Positions 1-7,408 of a stretch of 11,213 nucleotides of DNA are shown piece after piece (position 1 is the first letter of the stretch; each line of letters opens with the position of its first letter). The translations under genes and the position numbers were made by a program. Source of the stretch: Thermodesulfobacteriota bacterium (GTDB taxonomy: Bacteria > Desulfobacterota_D > UBA1144 > Nemesobacterales > N074bin48); assembly GCA_041572575.1 (NCBI GenBank), contig JBFFSH010000084.1:1-11213 (forward strand), in the 5' to 3' direction. The notes below the pieces were generated by a model. The model was given only the letters and a program-made list of their open reading frames with translations, searched no databases and had not been told where the DNA came from.

Positions 1-60
1 AACTTCTGCATGTCTTAAATATCTTATTATCTGCTCTGGTGTGTAACGCTTTCTGGGCAT
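1..60 (-). CDS. IS3-family transposase OrfA, N-terminal part (partial, not in ORF track)
   Basis: Translates MPRKRYTPEQIIRYLRHAEV, typical of IS3 OrfA N-termini (RKR-x-TPEQII-x-x-LR-x-AE). AGGAGG lies 8 nt upstream. Confidence 0.85.
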   Translation of the reverse strand, partial: MPRKRYTPEQIIRYLRHAEV

Positions 61-139
61 TTCCCTTGCCTCCTATTCATAGGGTTTATTACCTAAAATT
101 CTAACTTATAATCTGGTACTATTATATGGGGCAAGGTCA
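1..139 (-). mobile_element. IS3-family (IS407-group-like) insertion sequence, left end; continues beyond window start
   Basis: The minus strand from 139 reads TGACCTTGCCCCATATAATAGTACCAG, a 5'-TG IS3-type terminus resembling IS407-group TGACCTGCCCC ends. It is followed by RBS AGGAGG (74-69) and an OrfA-type transposase start at 60. Confidence 0.85.
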
Positions 140-544
140 GGAAGAATAGGATGTTTTTTAGTTGGTGATGACTACGGAACCCCTTCTAATCTACCTTTTG
201 CAATGGCATTTCCCGGAGGTTCACCTCCCACATATATTACAGTTCACCCCACTCAGGTATATGAATCCTTAATTATGCTTGGAGTATTTACAATACTATG
301 GAAGTTCCGTAAATCACTTCCACATGTTGGCATGCTAAGCTCATTAGGTTTCGTTCTTATTGGTATGGAAAGATTTTTTATTGAGTTCATTAGGGTTACT
401 ACTCCAAGTATTATTCCTGGACTAAGTATGGCTCAGCTTATGTCATTAGCAATTTTAGCAGCTGGTCTAATTAAGATTATACAGATCCAAAGAAATTCTA
501 ATCCCCTTGGTTTAGATTTTTCGGTTAAAAGTGAAAAGTCATGA
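140..544 (+). pseudogene. lgt: Prolipoprotein diacylglyceryl transferase, 3' half, truncated by the IS3 insertion
   Basis: The frame of ORF 203..544 extends upstream as GRIGCFLVGDDYGTPSNLPFAMAFP (Lgt signature), with HPTQVYE and ERFFIEFIR motifs further on. Homology starts at 140, right after the IS end, and there is an in-frame TAG at 80-82. Confidence 0.88.
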
Positions 545-585
545 TCAGCTATTAAGTAGACGAAAAGACTTTATTAGGGGTTTAG

Positions 586-824
586 ATGTCTGAAAATTGG
601 ATTATGGATGGAGGGATGGGAATCTGAATGTTTCTTAATATAATTTTCTGGATTCTTGGGTTATCGGTATCGTCTTACTGGTTGTATGGATAGTCCGCAA
701 AACAAGTGGGAATGGGCATAAAAGAGTAGAAGAGACAGCATTGGATGTCTTGAAAAAAAGTTATGCCTGTAGGGAAATTAACAAAAAGGAGTATAAAGAA
801 AAGAAACAAGTTATTTCATCATAA
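586..824 (+). pseudogene. Small membrane protein with C-terminal SHOCT domain, disrupted
   Basis: ATG586 MSENWIMDGGMGI-TGA(625)-MFLNIIFWILG, then a frameshift near 658-660 to VIGIVLLVVWIVRK...ETALDVLKKSYACREINKKEYKEKKQVISS-TAA(824). This matches the SHOCT pattern ALDILKxRYAxGEIxxEEY. Confidence 0.72.
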
Positions 825-842
825 ATAAGGGGGGTTTTGATT

Positions 843-1508
843 ATGGGTAGAATTAGATTTTTCATGATTTTTCTTAGTTTTATTTTAGTTTTTATCATTT
901 GCTTTTTTGTAGCTAATAAGTTTGGCCATACTCAAGCGCCGTGTTGTGGAGGGGGATGGACTGATCAGGACAATATGGATAAGATGCATGATATGATGAG
1001 TGGACGGCTGCCGCCCGGAATCGAGCCAGAGGATTTGCCTAAACCTGATAGTAAAGGAGCTAAACTTCTAGTACGGTACTGTACTCAATGCCATAATCTA
1101 TCCAGTCCATCCATGCATAGTTCGGAGGAATGGCCAACAGTCACCCAGAGAATGTTCAATCGATTGTCATGGATGTCTGGCATGAGAGAGGAATGGATGG
1201 GTATGATGTGGATGAAAGCACCTACACCTGAAGAAAAAAGAGAAATCGTAGCCTATTTAAAGGAATATTCCTTAAAGTCCATTGCGTCTGATATAATTCC
1301 ATTCCCAGAATCGCCAGGAGCAATTTCTTTTAAGAATACCTGCTCCCAGTGCCATGCATTACCTGATCCCAAAATCCATACTGCCGAAGAATGGCCTGCA
1401 GTTGTAGAGAGAATGAAAGTTAATATGAAGATTATGGAAAAGCCGGTGATAACCGACCAAGAAAAGGAAAAGATAGTTACATATCTAGGCAAACATGCAA
1501 AACAGTAG
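843..1508 (+). CDS. Exported/membrane-anchored diheme cytochrome c with two tandem homologous heme domains and Met-rich linkers
   Basis: N-terminal hydrophobic segment; CTQCH (1080-1094) and CSQCH (1341-1355). Both halves share P-x-P-x-S-x-GA...CxQCH-x-L-x-x-P-x-x-H-x-x-EEWP-x-V-x-x-RM...EK-x-x-IV-x-YL. ATG843 is preferred over TTG837 because of its spacing from the G-rich RBS at 827-834. Confidence 0.88.
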   Translation: MGRIRFFMIFLSFILVFIICFFVANKFGHTQAPCCGGGWTDQDNMDKMHDMMSGRLPPGIEPEDLPKPDSKGAKLLVRYCTQCHNLSSPSMHSSEEWPTVTQRMFNRLSWMSGMREEWMGMMWMKAPTPEEKREIVAYLKEYSLKSIASDIIPFPESPGAISFKNTCSQCHALPDPKIHTAEEWPAVVERMKVNMKIMEKPVITDQEKEKIVTYLGKHAKQ

Positions 1509-1584
1509 AATGTACTTTAAAATTTTTTTGTATTCCTAGGAGTCTTTCGATAATCTTCAAAAAACTTTCGGTTGTTAATTTTAA

Positions 1585-1668
1585 GTCATAAAATCTCATA
1601 GTTATTTTAAGGTCGACATGACCTAGTCTTTTTGAAACCTGGGCATTTCCTTTAATAATATTAGCATA
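1585..1668 (-). pseudogene. Remnant of a tyrosine recombinase C-terminus (box II)
   Basis: A minus-strand frame reads YANIIKGNAQVSKRLGHVDLKITMRFYD (LGH followed 10 residues after H by the catalytic-type Y). Stops lie immediately upstream and there is no start codon. Confidence 0.55.
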
Positions 1669-1958
1669 TTATTATTCTTCTAATCATGTCCGTACATGAA
1701 AACGATAAACCAGAGAAATGGATAGAATTGAGCCAAACATTCTATCCAACTACCGGTAAACATTTATATAGTAAAGCATAATACGGTCTATTGAACACGA
1801 ACACCTTTAATAACCAAGTATATATCCCTTTTCAGATAATAGGTGTTGGTAATCTTAAGCTTCGAGGACTCTTCTATATATTCTAATGTATGACAGTCAA
1901 AACGTGCGCCATAGACCTTTTCAACTGTGAATGGTGTTAATTACTAGTAGTAGGTTGT

Positions 1959-3299
1959 TTAATTATTCTGAAAAGTTTTGATCGGTTGTTTTCCCTTTTG
2001 TATGTTTATCTTTGGTAATTGAATGAGTGTGGGTGTGGTAATTCTTCCGGTTACAGTGAGTATTATCTGACCCGTTTTTAGTAAGTTAATATAATCTTTT
2101 TCTTCTTGGTCAAGATTCATCATCGTTGCTGTTTCTAGTATGTCTTTTCCGTTTCCGAGGTTGAAGGTGATTTTGGTGTTGGTGTTGGCTTTGATGCTGT
2201 TGCTGAGTTTGGTTGGTTCCTGATCGATTATTATGATTGACTCACCGTACTCTCGTATTTGTCTCAGACAGGTTTCCATAATGGTTTCTACTCCTTCAGT
2301 TCTCTCCTTTTTCTCGTTTAGGATGTGGTGGGCTTCTTCAATTATGATTGCGTGCTTGAACGTTTCTCTGTGTGGTTCTGTTTTTCGGTATTCGTAGATC
2401 CATAGGATTAGTGCTTCGGTTAGGAAGGTTTTGTCTGCATCTGATAGGGTATCGAGTTCTAAGACCATGTTATTGTTTAGTAGTTCATTAGGGTCTGTCT
2501 TTGTTCTTGTATTAAGTACTGCCCCTAAGCCGAAGTCAAAACATAAGCTTTCGAGTACTCTGATGCATGAAGCTTTCCATAGTCCCATTCTGCCAAATAG
2601 TTTTTTCCTTCGGATGTAGTTGAGTACTTCTTCCATTAGAGGCGGGTCTCTTGGATTGTTAGAGAAGTAGTGATGTTTTTCATATACAAACGTAAGGGCT
2701 TCTCTTAGTAAGAATTCTACTCCTTCGCCTACAAAGTATGCGTGTTTTAATACGTCAACGAGTTTCATTAGCCATTCGCCTACTTCTGTTTCTGGTGGTG
2801 GGATGAGGGGATTGAAATAGAATGGAGAAGTTTTCTTTGCAACAGTATAGACTTTTAGGTTATGGAATTGTGGCAGTTGCTTTAAATCTCTGTAGTTTCT
2901 TTTCCAGTCAAAGACAAGGAAAGGTTTACTATGCTTTTGTAATTGAATCAGGATATTGAATGAAAGGTTTGTTTTTCCGGCACCTGTCATGCCAACTATA
3001 AGTATGTGTTTTATCCATTCGTCCTCTCTTAATCCAAATGAACAAAAATTATCTCCTGGTGGATATATTACTGTTCCTAGTTGATATTTCCCATAACAAT
3101 CGCTCGGTGTTGGAGGGTCAAGATGTATCTTCTTCTGATAATCTTTCCCAGATTGTTGATATAATAAGATATCTATAAGTTCATCAGCTTCATCACGTTC
3201 CTTTCCTTCTGCACTTAGATAAAAGAGCCACTTCTGTCTAGTCTGAGAATCAATTGGGGATAGCTTACGAAGCTTTTCTTCTGTGTGTGGATTAGTCAT
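1959..3299 (-). CDS. HerA/FtsK-superfamily (DUF87/VirB4/coupling-protein-like) P-loop ATPase
   Basis: KHILIVGMTGAGKT (Walker A), LVFDWK, FNPL, IIIEEAHH (Walker B), LRQIREYGESIIIIDQEP (arginine finger and Q motif), ANTNTKITF. Confidence 0.9.
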   Translation of the reverse strand: MTNPHTEEKLRKLSPIDSQTRQKWLFYLSAEGKERDEADELIDILLYQQSGKDYQKKIHLDPPTPSDCYGKYQLGTVIYPPGDNFCSFGLREDEWIKHILIVGMTGAGKTNLSFNILIQLQKHSKPFLVFDWKRNYRDLKQLPQFHNLKVYTVAKKTSPFYFNPLIPPPETEVGEWLMKLVDVLKHAYFVGEGVEFLLREALTFVYEKHHYFSNNPRDPPLMEEVLNYIRRKKLFGRMGLWKASCIRVLESLCFDFGLGAVLNTRTKTDPNELLNNNMVLELDTLSDADKTFLTEALILWIYEYRKTEPHRETFKHAIIIEEAHHILNEKKERTEGVETIMETCLRQIREYGESIIIIDQEPTKLSNSIKANTNTKITFNLGNGKDILETATMMNLDQEEKDYINLLKTGQIILTVTGRITTPTLIQLPKINIQKGKQPIKTFQNN

Positions 3300-3319
3300 T
3301 TGTTCTTTTTAATCTGGTT

Positions 3320-3661
3320 TTAGTATTCTGTTTTGAGGATCATGACGTTGTTAACGCAATAGAATGAGAAGTAGGTGAGTGGGAAGTCTGTATAGTGTAT
3401 GTGTTGTTTTATTTTATATGGTTTGTCTGCGTCTTCTTTCATTGTTATCTCTGCGGATTTGTCTTGCTTTTTGTTAAACTCCCAGAACTGAAATGGAAGG
3501 TATCTGTATTTGTGTTGGTAGCTTCCTACGAGGTCGATGAGCCAGTAAGAATTAGCTTTTTCCGCTAAGTGTTGGATTCCATCAGTATAGAGGAGTCCGG
3601 TGAAGTTTCGGTAGTATCTTTCTGTTCCAGTGAATTGTTGAAGTTCTTCTTCTAGTCCCAT
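3320..3661 (-). CDS. DUF6876-like protein of mobile elements
   Basis: LQQFTGTERYYR...LLYTDGIQHLAEKANSYWLID...FQFW...QHIHYTDFPL...VMILKTEY matches the recalled family pattern. It ends 20 nt upstream of the ATPase, so the two are likely co-transcribed. Confidence 0.75.
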   Translation of the reverse strand: MGLEEELQQFTGTERYYRNFTGLLYTDGIQHLAEKANSYWLIDLVGSYQHKYRYLPFQFWEFNKKQDKSAEITMKEDADKPYKIKQHIHYTDFPLTYFSFYCVNNVMILKTEY

Positions 3662-3724
3662 TGTAGTTTACTAAGTGGGTTATGGTTTTGGTGTAGAAAT
3701 ATTTTGTAGTGCATTAATGATTAT

Positions 3725-3816
3725 GATTTTGTAGTTCGTAAATTTTTCCCCTTCACGACGCTCCGCTGTTCTCGGGTCGGACAGGGTTGTCCTAAAAATT
3801 TATCGACTCCAAAATC
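3725..3816. repeat. Long imperfect inverted repeat (23-nt arms) enclosing a GC-rich structured core
   Basis: GATTTTGTAGTTCGTAAATTTTT (3725-3747) pairs with AAAAATTTATCGACTCCAAAATC (3794-3816). Inner hairpin GGACA-GGGT-TGTCC (3779-3792). Confidence 0.85.
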
Positions 3817-3831
3817 TTGGGTCTGCTTTGA

Positions 3832-3848
3832 GAGCTTAGAGTAAGCTC
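3832..3848. repeat. Perfect 7-bp inverted repeat (possible operator)
   Basis: GAGCTTA-GAG-TAAGCTC, 35 nt upstream of ATG3883. Confidence 0.6.
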
Positions 3849-3882
3849 CGATTAAGTAATAAATTATTTGAGGTGTTGTGAA

Positions 3883-4119
3883 ATGAGTAAACCAGTTAAG
3901 AAGTTAGTAAGTGGAAGTGTATCGGCAAGTGTCTTCTTGAACGAAGTGAAGACTGCAAATGGAGTTGTTGAGAGACCTTCTGTTGTCGTGCAACGGTATT
4001 ATAAAGACCGTGAGGGTAAGGATAGCTATGCACAGAGTTTTAGAACTGAAGACTTGCCACGTGTATCTGTTCTTCTTAAGAAGGTTTTTGAGGAGTATGA
4101 TTTGGAGGTTAAACAATGA
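3883..4119 (+). CDS. Small protein, putative PC4/Whirly-like ssDNA-binding family (paralogue 1)
   Basis: SD GAGGTG (3870-3875) supports ATG3883 rather than TTG3868. Pattern P-x5-GSVSASVF...SV-x3-RYYKDREG...SFR-x-x-DLP...L-x-x-x-F is shared with 4399..4647. The fold assignment is inference. Confidence 0.7.
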   Translation: MSKPVKKLVSGSVSASVFLNEVKTANGVVERPSVVVQRYYKDREGKDSYAQSFRTEDLPRVSVLLKKVFEEYDLEVKQ

Positions 4120-4220
4120 TCTCCTCCTTAATATTTTCTTTTTTTATTTTTTCTTTTGTGTTGGCTGTTGTTTGTGTTGGCTCTGATGTGGTTTTTAAGC
4201 AGAGACTATTACAGGTTCAG

Positions 4221-4322
4221 ATGGAGTATGAGTTGGATCATTGTCCTACTCCTTGGAAATGTCCTGAGAAGTGTTATTTGAATTGTAAAGGATGCTTATT
4301 AAAGAATACTGGCAATAACTGA
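4221..4322 (+). CDS. Small Cys-rich putative metal-binding peptide (33 aa)
   Basis: MEYELDHCPTPWKCPEKCYLNCKGCLLKNTGNN, C-x5-C-x3-C-x3-C-x2-C. TATA-like TTTTTAAG at 4192-4199 (-29). The longer start at 4116 runs through a T-tract. Confidence 0.45.
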   Translation: MEYELDHCPTPWKCPEKCYLNCKGCLLKNTGNN

Positions 4323-4348
4323 TCTTTTTGTTTTTTCATTACAAAGTT

Positions 4349-4390
4349 TTTATATAGGTGTTAGGTGTTAAAGGGTATAAATGTGAGGTG
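4349..4390 (+). promoter_or_regulatory. Archaeal-type TATA box plus GAGGTG Shine-Dalgarno for ORF 4399
   Basis: ACAAAG-TT-TTTATATA (TATA 4349-4356); GAGGTG at 4385-4390, 8 nt before ATG4399. Confidence 0.5.
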
Positions 4391-4398
4391 GTTGATGT

Positions 4399-4647
4399 AT
4401 GGCAGATGAAACTGTTCCTTTGATTCGGATTCGGAGAGGTAGTGTGTTTGCTAGTATTTATGAGCGGGAGTTTCAGGGTGAGGATGGTCTTGTCAGGTAT
4501 CGGAGTGTTACTTTGTATCGGATGTATAAGGATCGGGATGGGGTTTTGAAGCCGACTTCGAGTTTTAGGGAGTTTGATATTCCTAATGCTGTTTGGGTGT
4601 TGCAGGAGGCGTTTGATTATTTGGGTTCTATTGAGTCTAGAAGTTGA
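4399..4647 (+). CDS. Small protein, putative PC4/Whirly-like ssDNA-binding family (paralogue 2)
   Basis: PLIRIRRGSVFASIYE...RSVTLYRMYKDRDGVLKPTSSFREFDIPNAVWVLQEAFDY is clearly homologous to 3883..4119. Good SD. Confidence 0.72.
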   Translation: MADETVPLIRIRRGSVFASIYEREFQGEDGLVRYRSVTLYRMYKDRDGVLKPTSSFREFDIPNAVWVLQEAFDYLGSIESRS

Positions 4648-4788
4648 ATTACTAGTGTTGGTGCTTATATATTTTTTGGTTCTTTTTTTTTTGGATTTGC
4701 TTTGTTTTATTTTGGTAACTTTCCATTTTCATATATACGGATGTAATAAATATAAAAATTCTTATTTTGAGAAAGTTACAGTGAATGC

Positions 4789-4818
4789 GGGCGGGCTGTG
4801 GGTTGCCTCAGCCCGCCC
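4789..4818. repeat. GC-rich perfect 10-bp-stem hairpin in an AT-rich intergenic region
   Basis: GGGCGGGCTG-N10-CAGCCCGCCC, flanked by direct repeats CTTATTTTGAG at 4761-4771 and 4840-4850. Confidence 0.85.
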
Positions 4819-5188
4819 TGATAAGCTACTGATTTAGTGCTTATTTTGAGTGTTTAATAATAGATTAGATATTATAGATTGTTTTTTAAATTTGATTGAA
4901 TTTAGCGGTTATTTGGTATTGTTTGGGGTTGATATTGATTTGTAGATATTAGTACTGATTTTATTATTGTTTTTATTGTTTTATAGTAGAAAGAAAGGTG
5001 AAACAATGAAACAATAAAACAACAGTAATTACAGGTACTTACGATGATTTGAAGATTCTTATAGATTTTGAGCTTATTTACCTTCTATATAGAAAATAAT
5101 TCTATCAAAACAGTCACAATTTTGGGATAATCTCAGGGTTATTTTTAATACCATCTTTTAAGACATAAACCATCTTTGTTATCTTGTA

Positions 5189-5386
5189 ATGGTTCGTATA
5201 CGTACTGTACAGATAAGACTTACAAGAGATCAATATGAAAAGATCAAGCATTATTCCAAAGTGAGAGGTTTCAATACTATCTCATCTTATATGAGGTATG
5301 TGGCTTTAGATCAGGCCACTTTTTTAGAGCAAAAATTGAGAGAGATGCTTACCAGTATTTGGGGTTCATCTAAGAAGAAAAAATAA
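5189..5386 (+). CDS. Ribbon-helix-helix DNA-binding protein (MobC/CopG-like)
   Basis: RTVQIRLT (beta ribbon), RDQYEKIKHYSKVRG (helix A), TISSYMRYVALD (helix B). Confidence 0.75.
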   Translation: MVRIRTVQIRLTRDQYEKIKHYSKVRGFNTISSYMRYVALDQATFLEQKLREMLTSIWGSSKKKK

Positions 5387-5399
5387 CAGATAAACGTTT

Positions 5400-5948
5400 A
5401 TGGGTTTATATGGTTCGTTGGACATGCTTCTTGCATACTCACCATCTCTAACCAAGAAAAAAGTAACTGAAGCGACAAAAAGCGGTGATGGTGATAGTGA
5501 ACAAGATAGTTTGGAAACTTTACTCTCTGATAAGCTTAACAGCTTCAAGACTATCTTAACCGATATAACATCAGACATACAAAAACGTAAGCTGCTGTCT
5601 GAGGATATCATATATCGAATCTATCAGCATTACATTTACCTAAAGACTCACTTGATGGAGCTTTATACAGTACAGATAGGAAGCAGTTTTACTTTTGATT
5701 TCAGGAGGTCTAGTCTGGAAAAACAGCTTGATACTCTCAAACATGAAAAACGGGCAGAACAAGTTATTTGTAGTCAGGACATCGCAAAATTAAAAAAAGA
5801 ATTCAGGGAATGGTTCAAGAAATATTCCGACTTACTGCAAAGAGTAAAGATTATCATTCCCGACGTCAATTCTAATAATAAGAAAGGTTTAAATAGAAAC
5901 TATAATACTATACAAAATAAGTTCTTTATTGCCAACGGAAAAACGTGA
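5400..5948 (+). CDS. Hypothetical alpha-helical/coiled-coil protein
   Basis: 182-aa ORF starting 13 nt after the RHH gene, with heptad-like segments (LEKQLDTLKHEK, IAKLKKEFREW). No family recognised. Confidence 0.65.
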   Translation: MGLYGSLDMLLAYSPSLTKKKVTEATKSGDGDSEQDSLETLLSDKLNSFKTILTDITSDIQKRKLLSEDIIYRIYQHYIYLKTHLMELYTVQIGSSFTFDFRRSSLEKQLDTLKHEKRAEQVICSQDIAKLKKEFREWFKKYSDLLQRVKIIIPDVNSNNKKGLNRNYNTIQNKFFIANGKT

Positions 5949-6010
5949 GATGGTTTAGAATGTGATATAGTCTCCATGTCCTCCGCATACTACCTTTGAG
6001 TTTAAACCAC

Positions 6011-6026
6011 CAGTAAAGTTTATATA
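6011..6026 (+). promoter_or_regulatory. Archaeal-type BRE/TATA for a probably leaderless recombinase mRNA
   Basis: CAGTAAAG-TTTATATA; the TATA starts 31 nt before ATG6050 and there is no SD in between. Confidence 0.55.
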
Positions 6027-6049
6027 TAAGCTTTGTATTCTATTTTAGT

Positions 6050-7342
6050 ATGGTAGAGAATGATATTTATGATAGTAAACGGAAATATGAGAATTTTTTA
6101 GCTAGCTTGGATGATTTCTTAATACAACCTCAGAATTCAGGAAGACGGGGTTTTAGGAAGTATTATTGTAAGTTTGAGGATAATCTTGCTTATTTCAGAC
6201 TGCTACATGATAAGTTTTCTGCGAGGGATTTGAGTTATGTGAGAAGGCTTAGGTTGTTTAATTCTTTAAAACTAATTGTTTTCAGTATTGAAAAGAATTT
6301 AGAAGAAGCAACTAGAGATGATGTAGACCAGGTAATGACTTATATGCACACAGTATGTAAATCCGTTAAGACTAAAAAAGACTTCATTGTGGATATCAAG
6401 CACATCTGGAAGCTGTTATTCCCTGAAAAGGATGAGAAAGGGAGGGTAGATGAAGATATCGTTCCTTATCCTGTTAGGCATTTAAAGAGCAAGGATGTAG
6501 ATAGGAGTTTAGAGAAGCGAAGAAATGATAAACTCACTGTAGAGGAATTTGAAAAGGTTGTTCAGGCGTTCAGCCAAGATGTGCGATTGCAGGCGTTTCT
6601 TACCCTCAGTTTTGAATCATTAGGTAGACCCCAGGAAATACTTTTTACCAAGATTAAGGATGTGGAATTGTCTGATAATTATGGGAAGATTTGGATATCA
6701 GAACATGGAAAAGAAGGAACAGGGTTTTTAGAAGTTATAGACAGTTATCCTTACGTTGCTGAATGGCTGAACGATCATCCGCTCAAGAACAACCCAGAAG
6801 CTTTTTTCTTTTTAAATCTGGGCAGCCACGGACGATATGAACAGCTTAAACCTCATACTATCAACAAACATCTTCGTAATAAACTAAAAGCATTAAGAAT
6901 CAACAAACCTGTAACCTGCTATTCTCTTAAAAGAAGTGGAGTTACTTACCGAAGATTGCGGGGAGATTCAGACCTGCAAATCCAGCACACCGCCAGATGG
7001 ACAAGCACAAAACAATTAAAATCCTATGACCTAAGCCAGCACGACGACACATTCAAATTGGAACTCATTAAACGAGGGATCATACAAGAAAAAGCGTCTA
7101 AGAATCTCAAAATCCTTTCTAACAAATGCATGTTCTGTGAGACAGTAAATGGCATTGGAATATCAAATTGCAAAACTTGTAAACGTCCGCTCGATAGAAA
7201 AAAGATTGCTGATGAAATACAGCAAAAGGACAGTCGTATTGATGAACTTGAGCAGCAAATTACTAACATGCCAGGCCAGATACTTAAGCTTTTAAAAGAA
7301 AATCCACTCCTTATTAAAGAAGCACTCAAGATAGAAAACTAA
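6050..7342 (+). CDS. Divergent tyrosine recombinase with C-terminal Zn ribbon and coiled coil (archaeal-type architecture)
   Basis: LT-x-EE, ESLGRPQE (catalytic R), HGKEG (K), YSLKR in place of HxLRH, HTARW (W for H), KSY (Tyr nucleophile), then C-x2-C-x10-C-x2-C-x-RPL and a coiled coil. Confidence 0.85.
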   Translation: MVENDIYDSKRKYENFLASLDDFLIQPQNSGRRGFRKYYCKFEDNLAYFRLLHDKFSARDLSYVRRLRLFNSLKLIVFSIEKNLEEATRDDVDQVMTYMHTVCKSVKTKKDFIVDIKHIWKLLFPEKDEKGRVDEDIVPYPVRHLKSKDVDRSLEKRRNDKLTVEEFEKVVQAFSQDVRLQAFLTLSFESLGRPQEILFTKIKDVELSDNYGKIWISEHGKEGTGFLEVIDSYPYVAEWLNDHPLKNNPEAFFFLNLGSHGRYEQLKPHTINKHLRNKLKALRINKPVTCYSLKRSGVTYRRLRGDSDLQIQHTARWTSTKQLKSYDLSQHDDTFKLELIKRGIIQEKASKNLKILSNKCMFCETVNGIGISNCKTCKRPLDRKKIADEIQQKDSRIDELEQQITNMPGQILKLLKENPLLIKEALKIEN

Positions 7343-7408
7343 GATAGCATCAACCACATTCTACATTGCACTACAAATATTAAATAATCATTTTGCGGTT
7401 TGTGTTTC

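Noticed and set aside
1686..1781. 31-aa ORF MSVHENDKPEKWIELSQTFYPTTGKHLYSKA and TTTATATA at 1763
   Set aside because: No SD, no motif, and no convincing gene downstream of the TATA-like site.
1959..3299. ATPase as part of a HerA defence system (Sir2-HerA, nuclease-HerA) or NurA-HerA repair operon
   Set aside because: No Sir2, nuclease, NurA, Mre11 or Rad50 partner is recognisable nearby.
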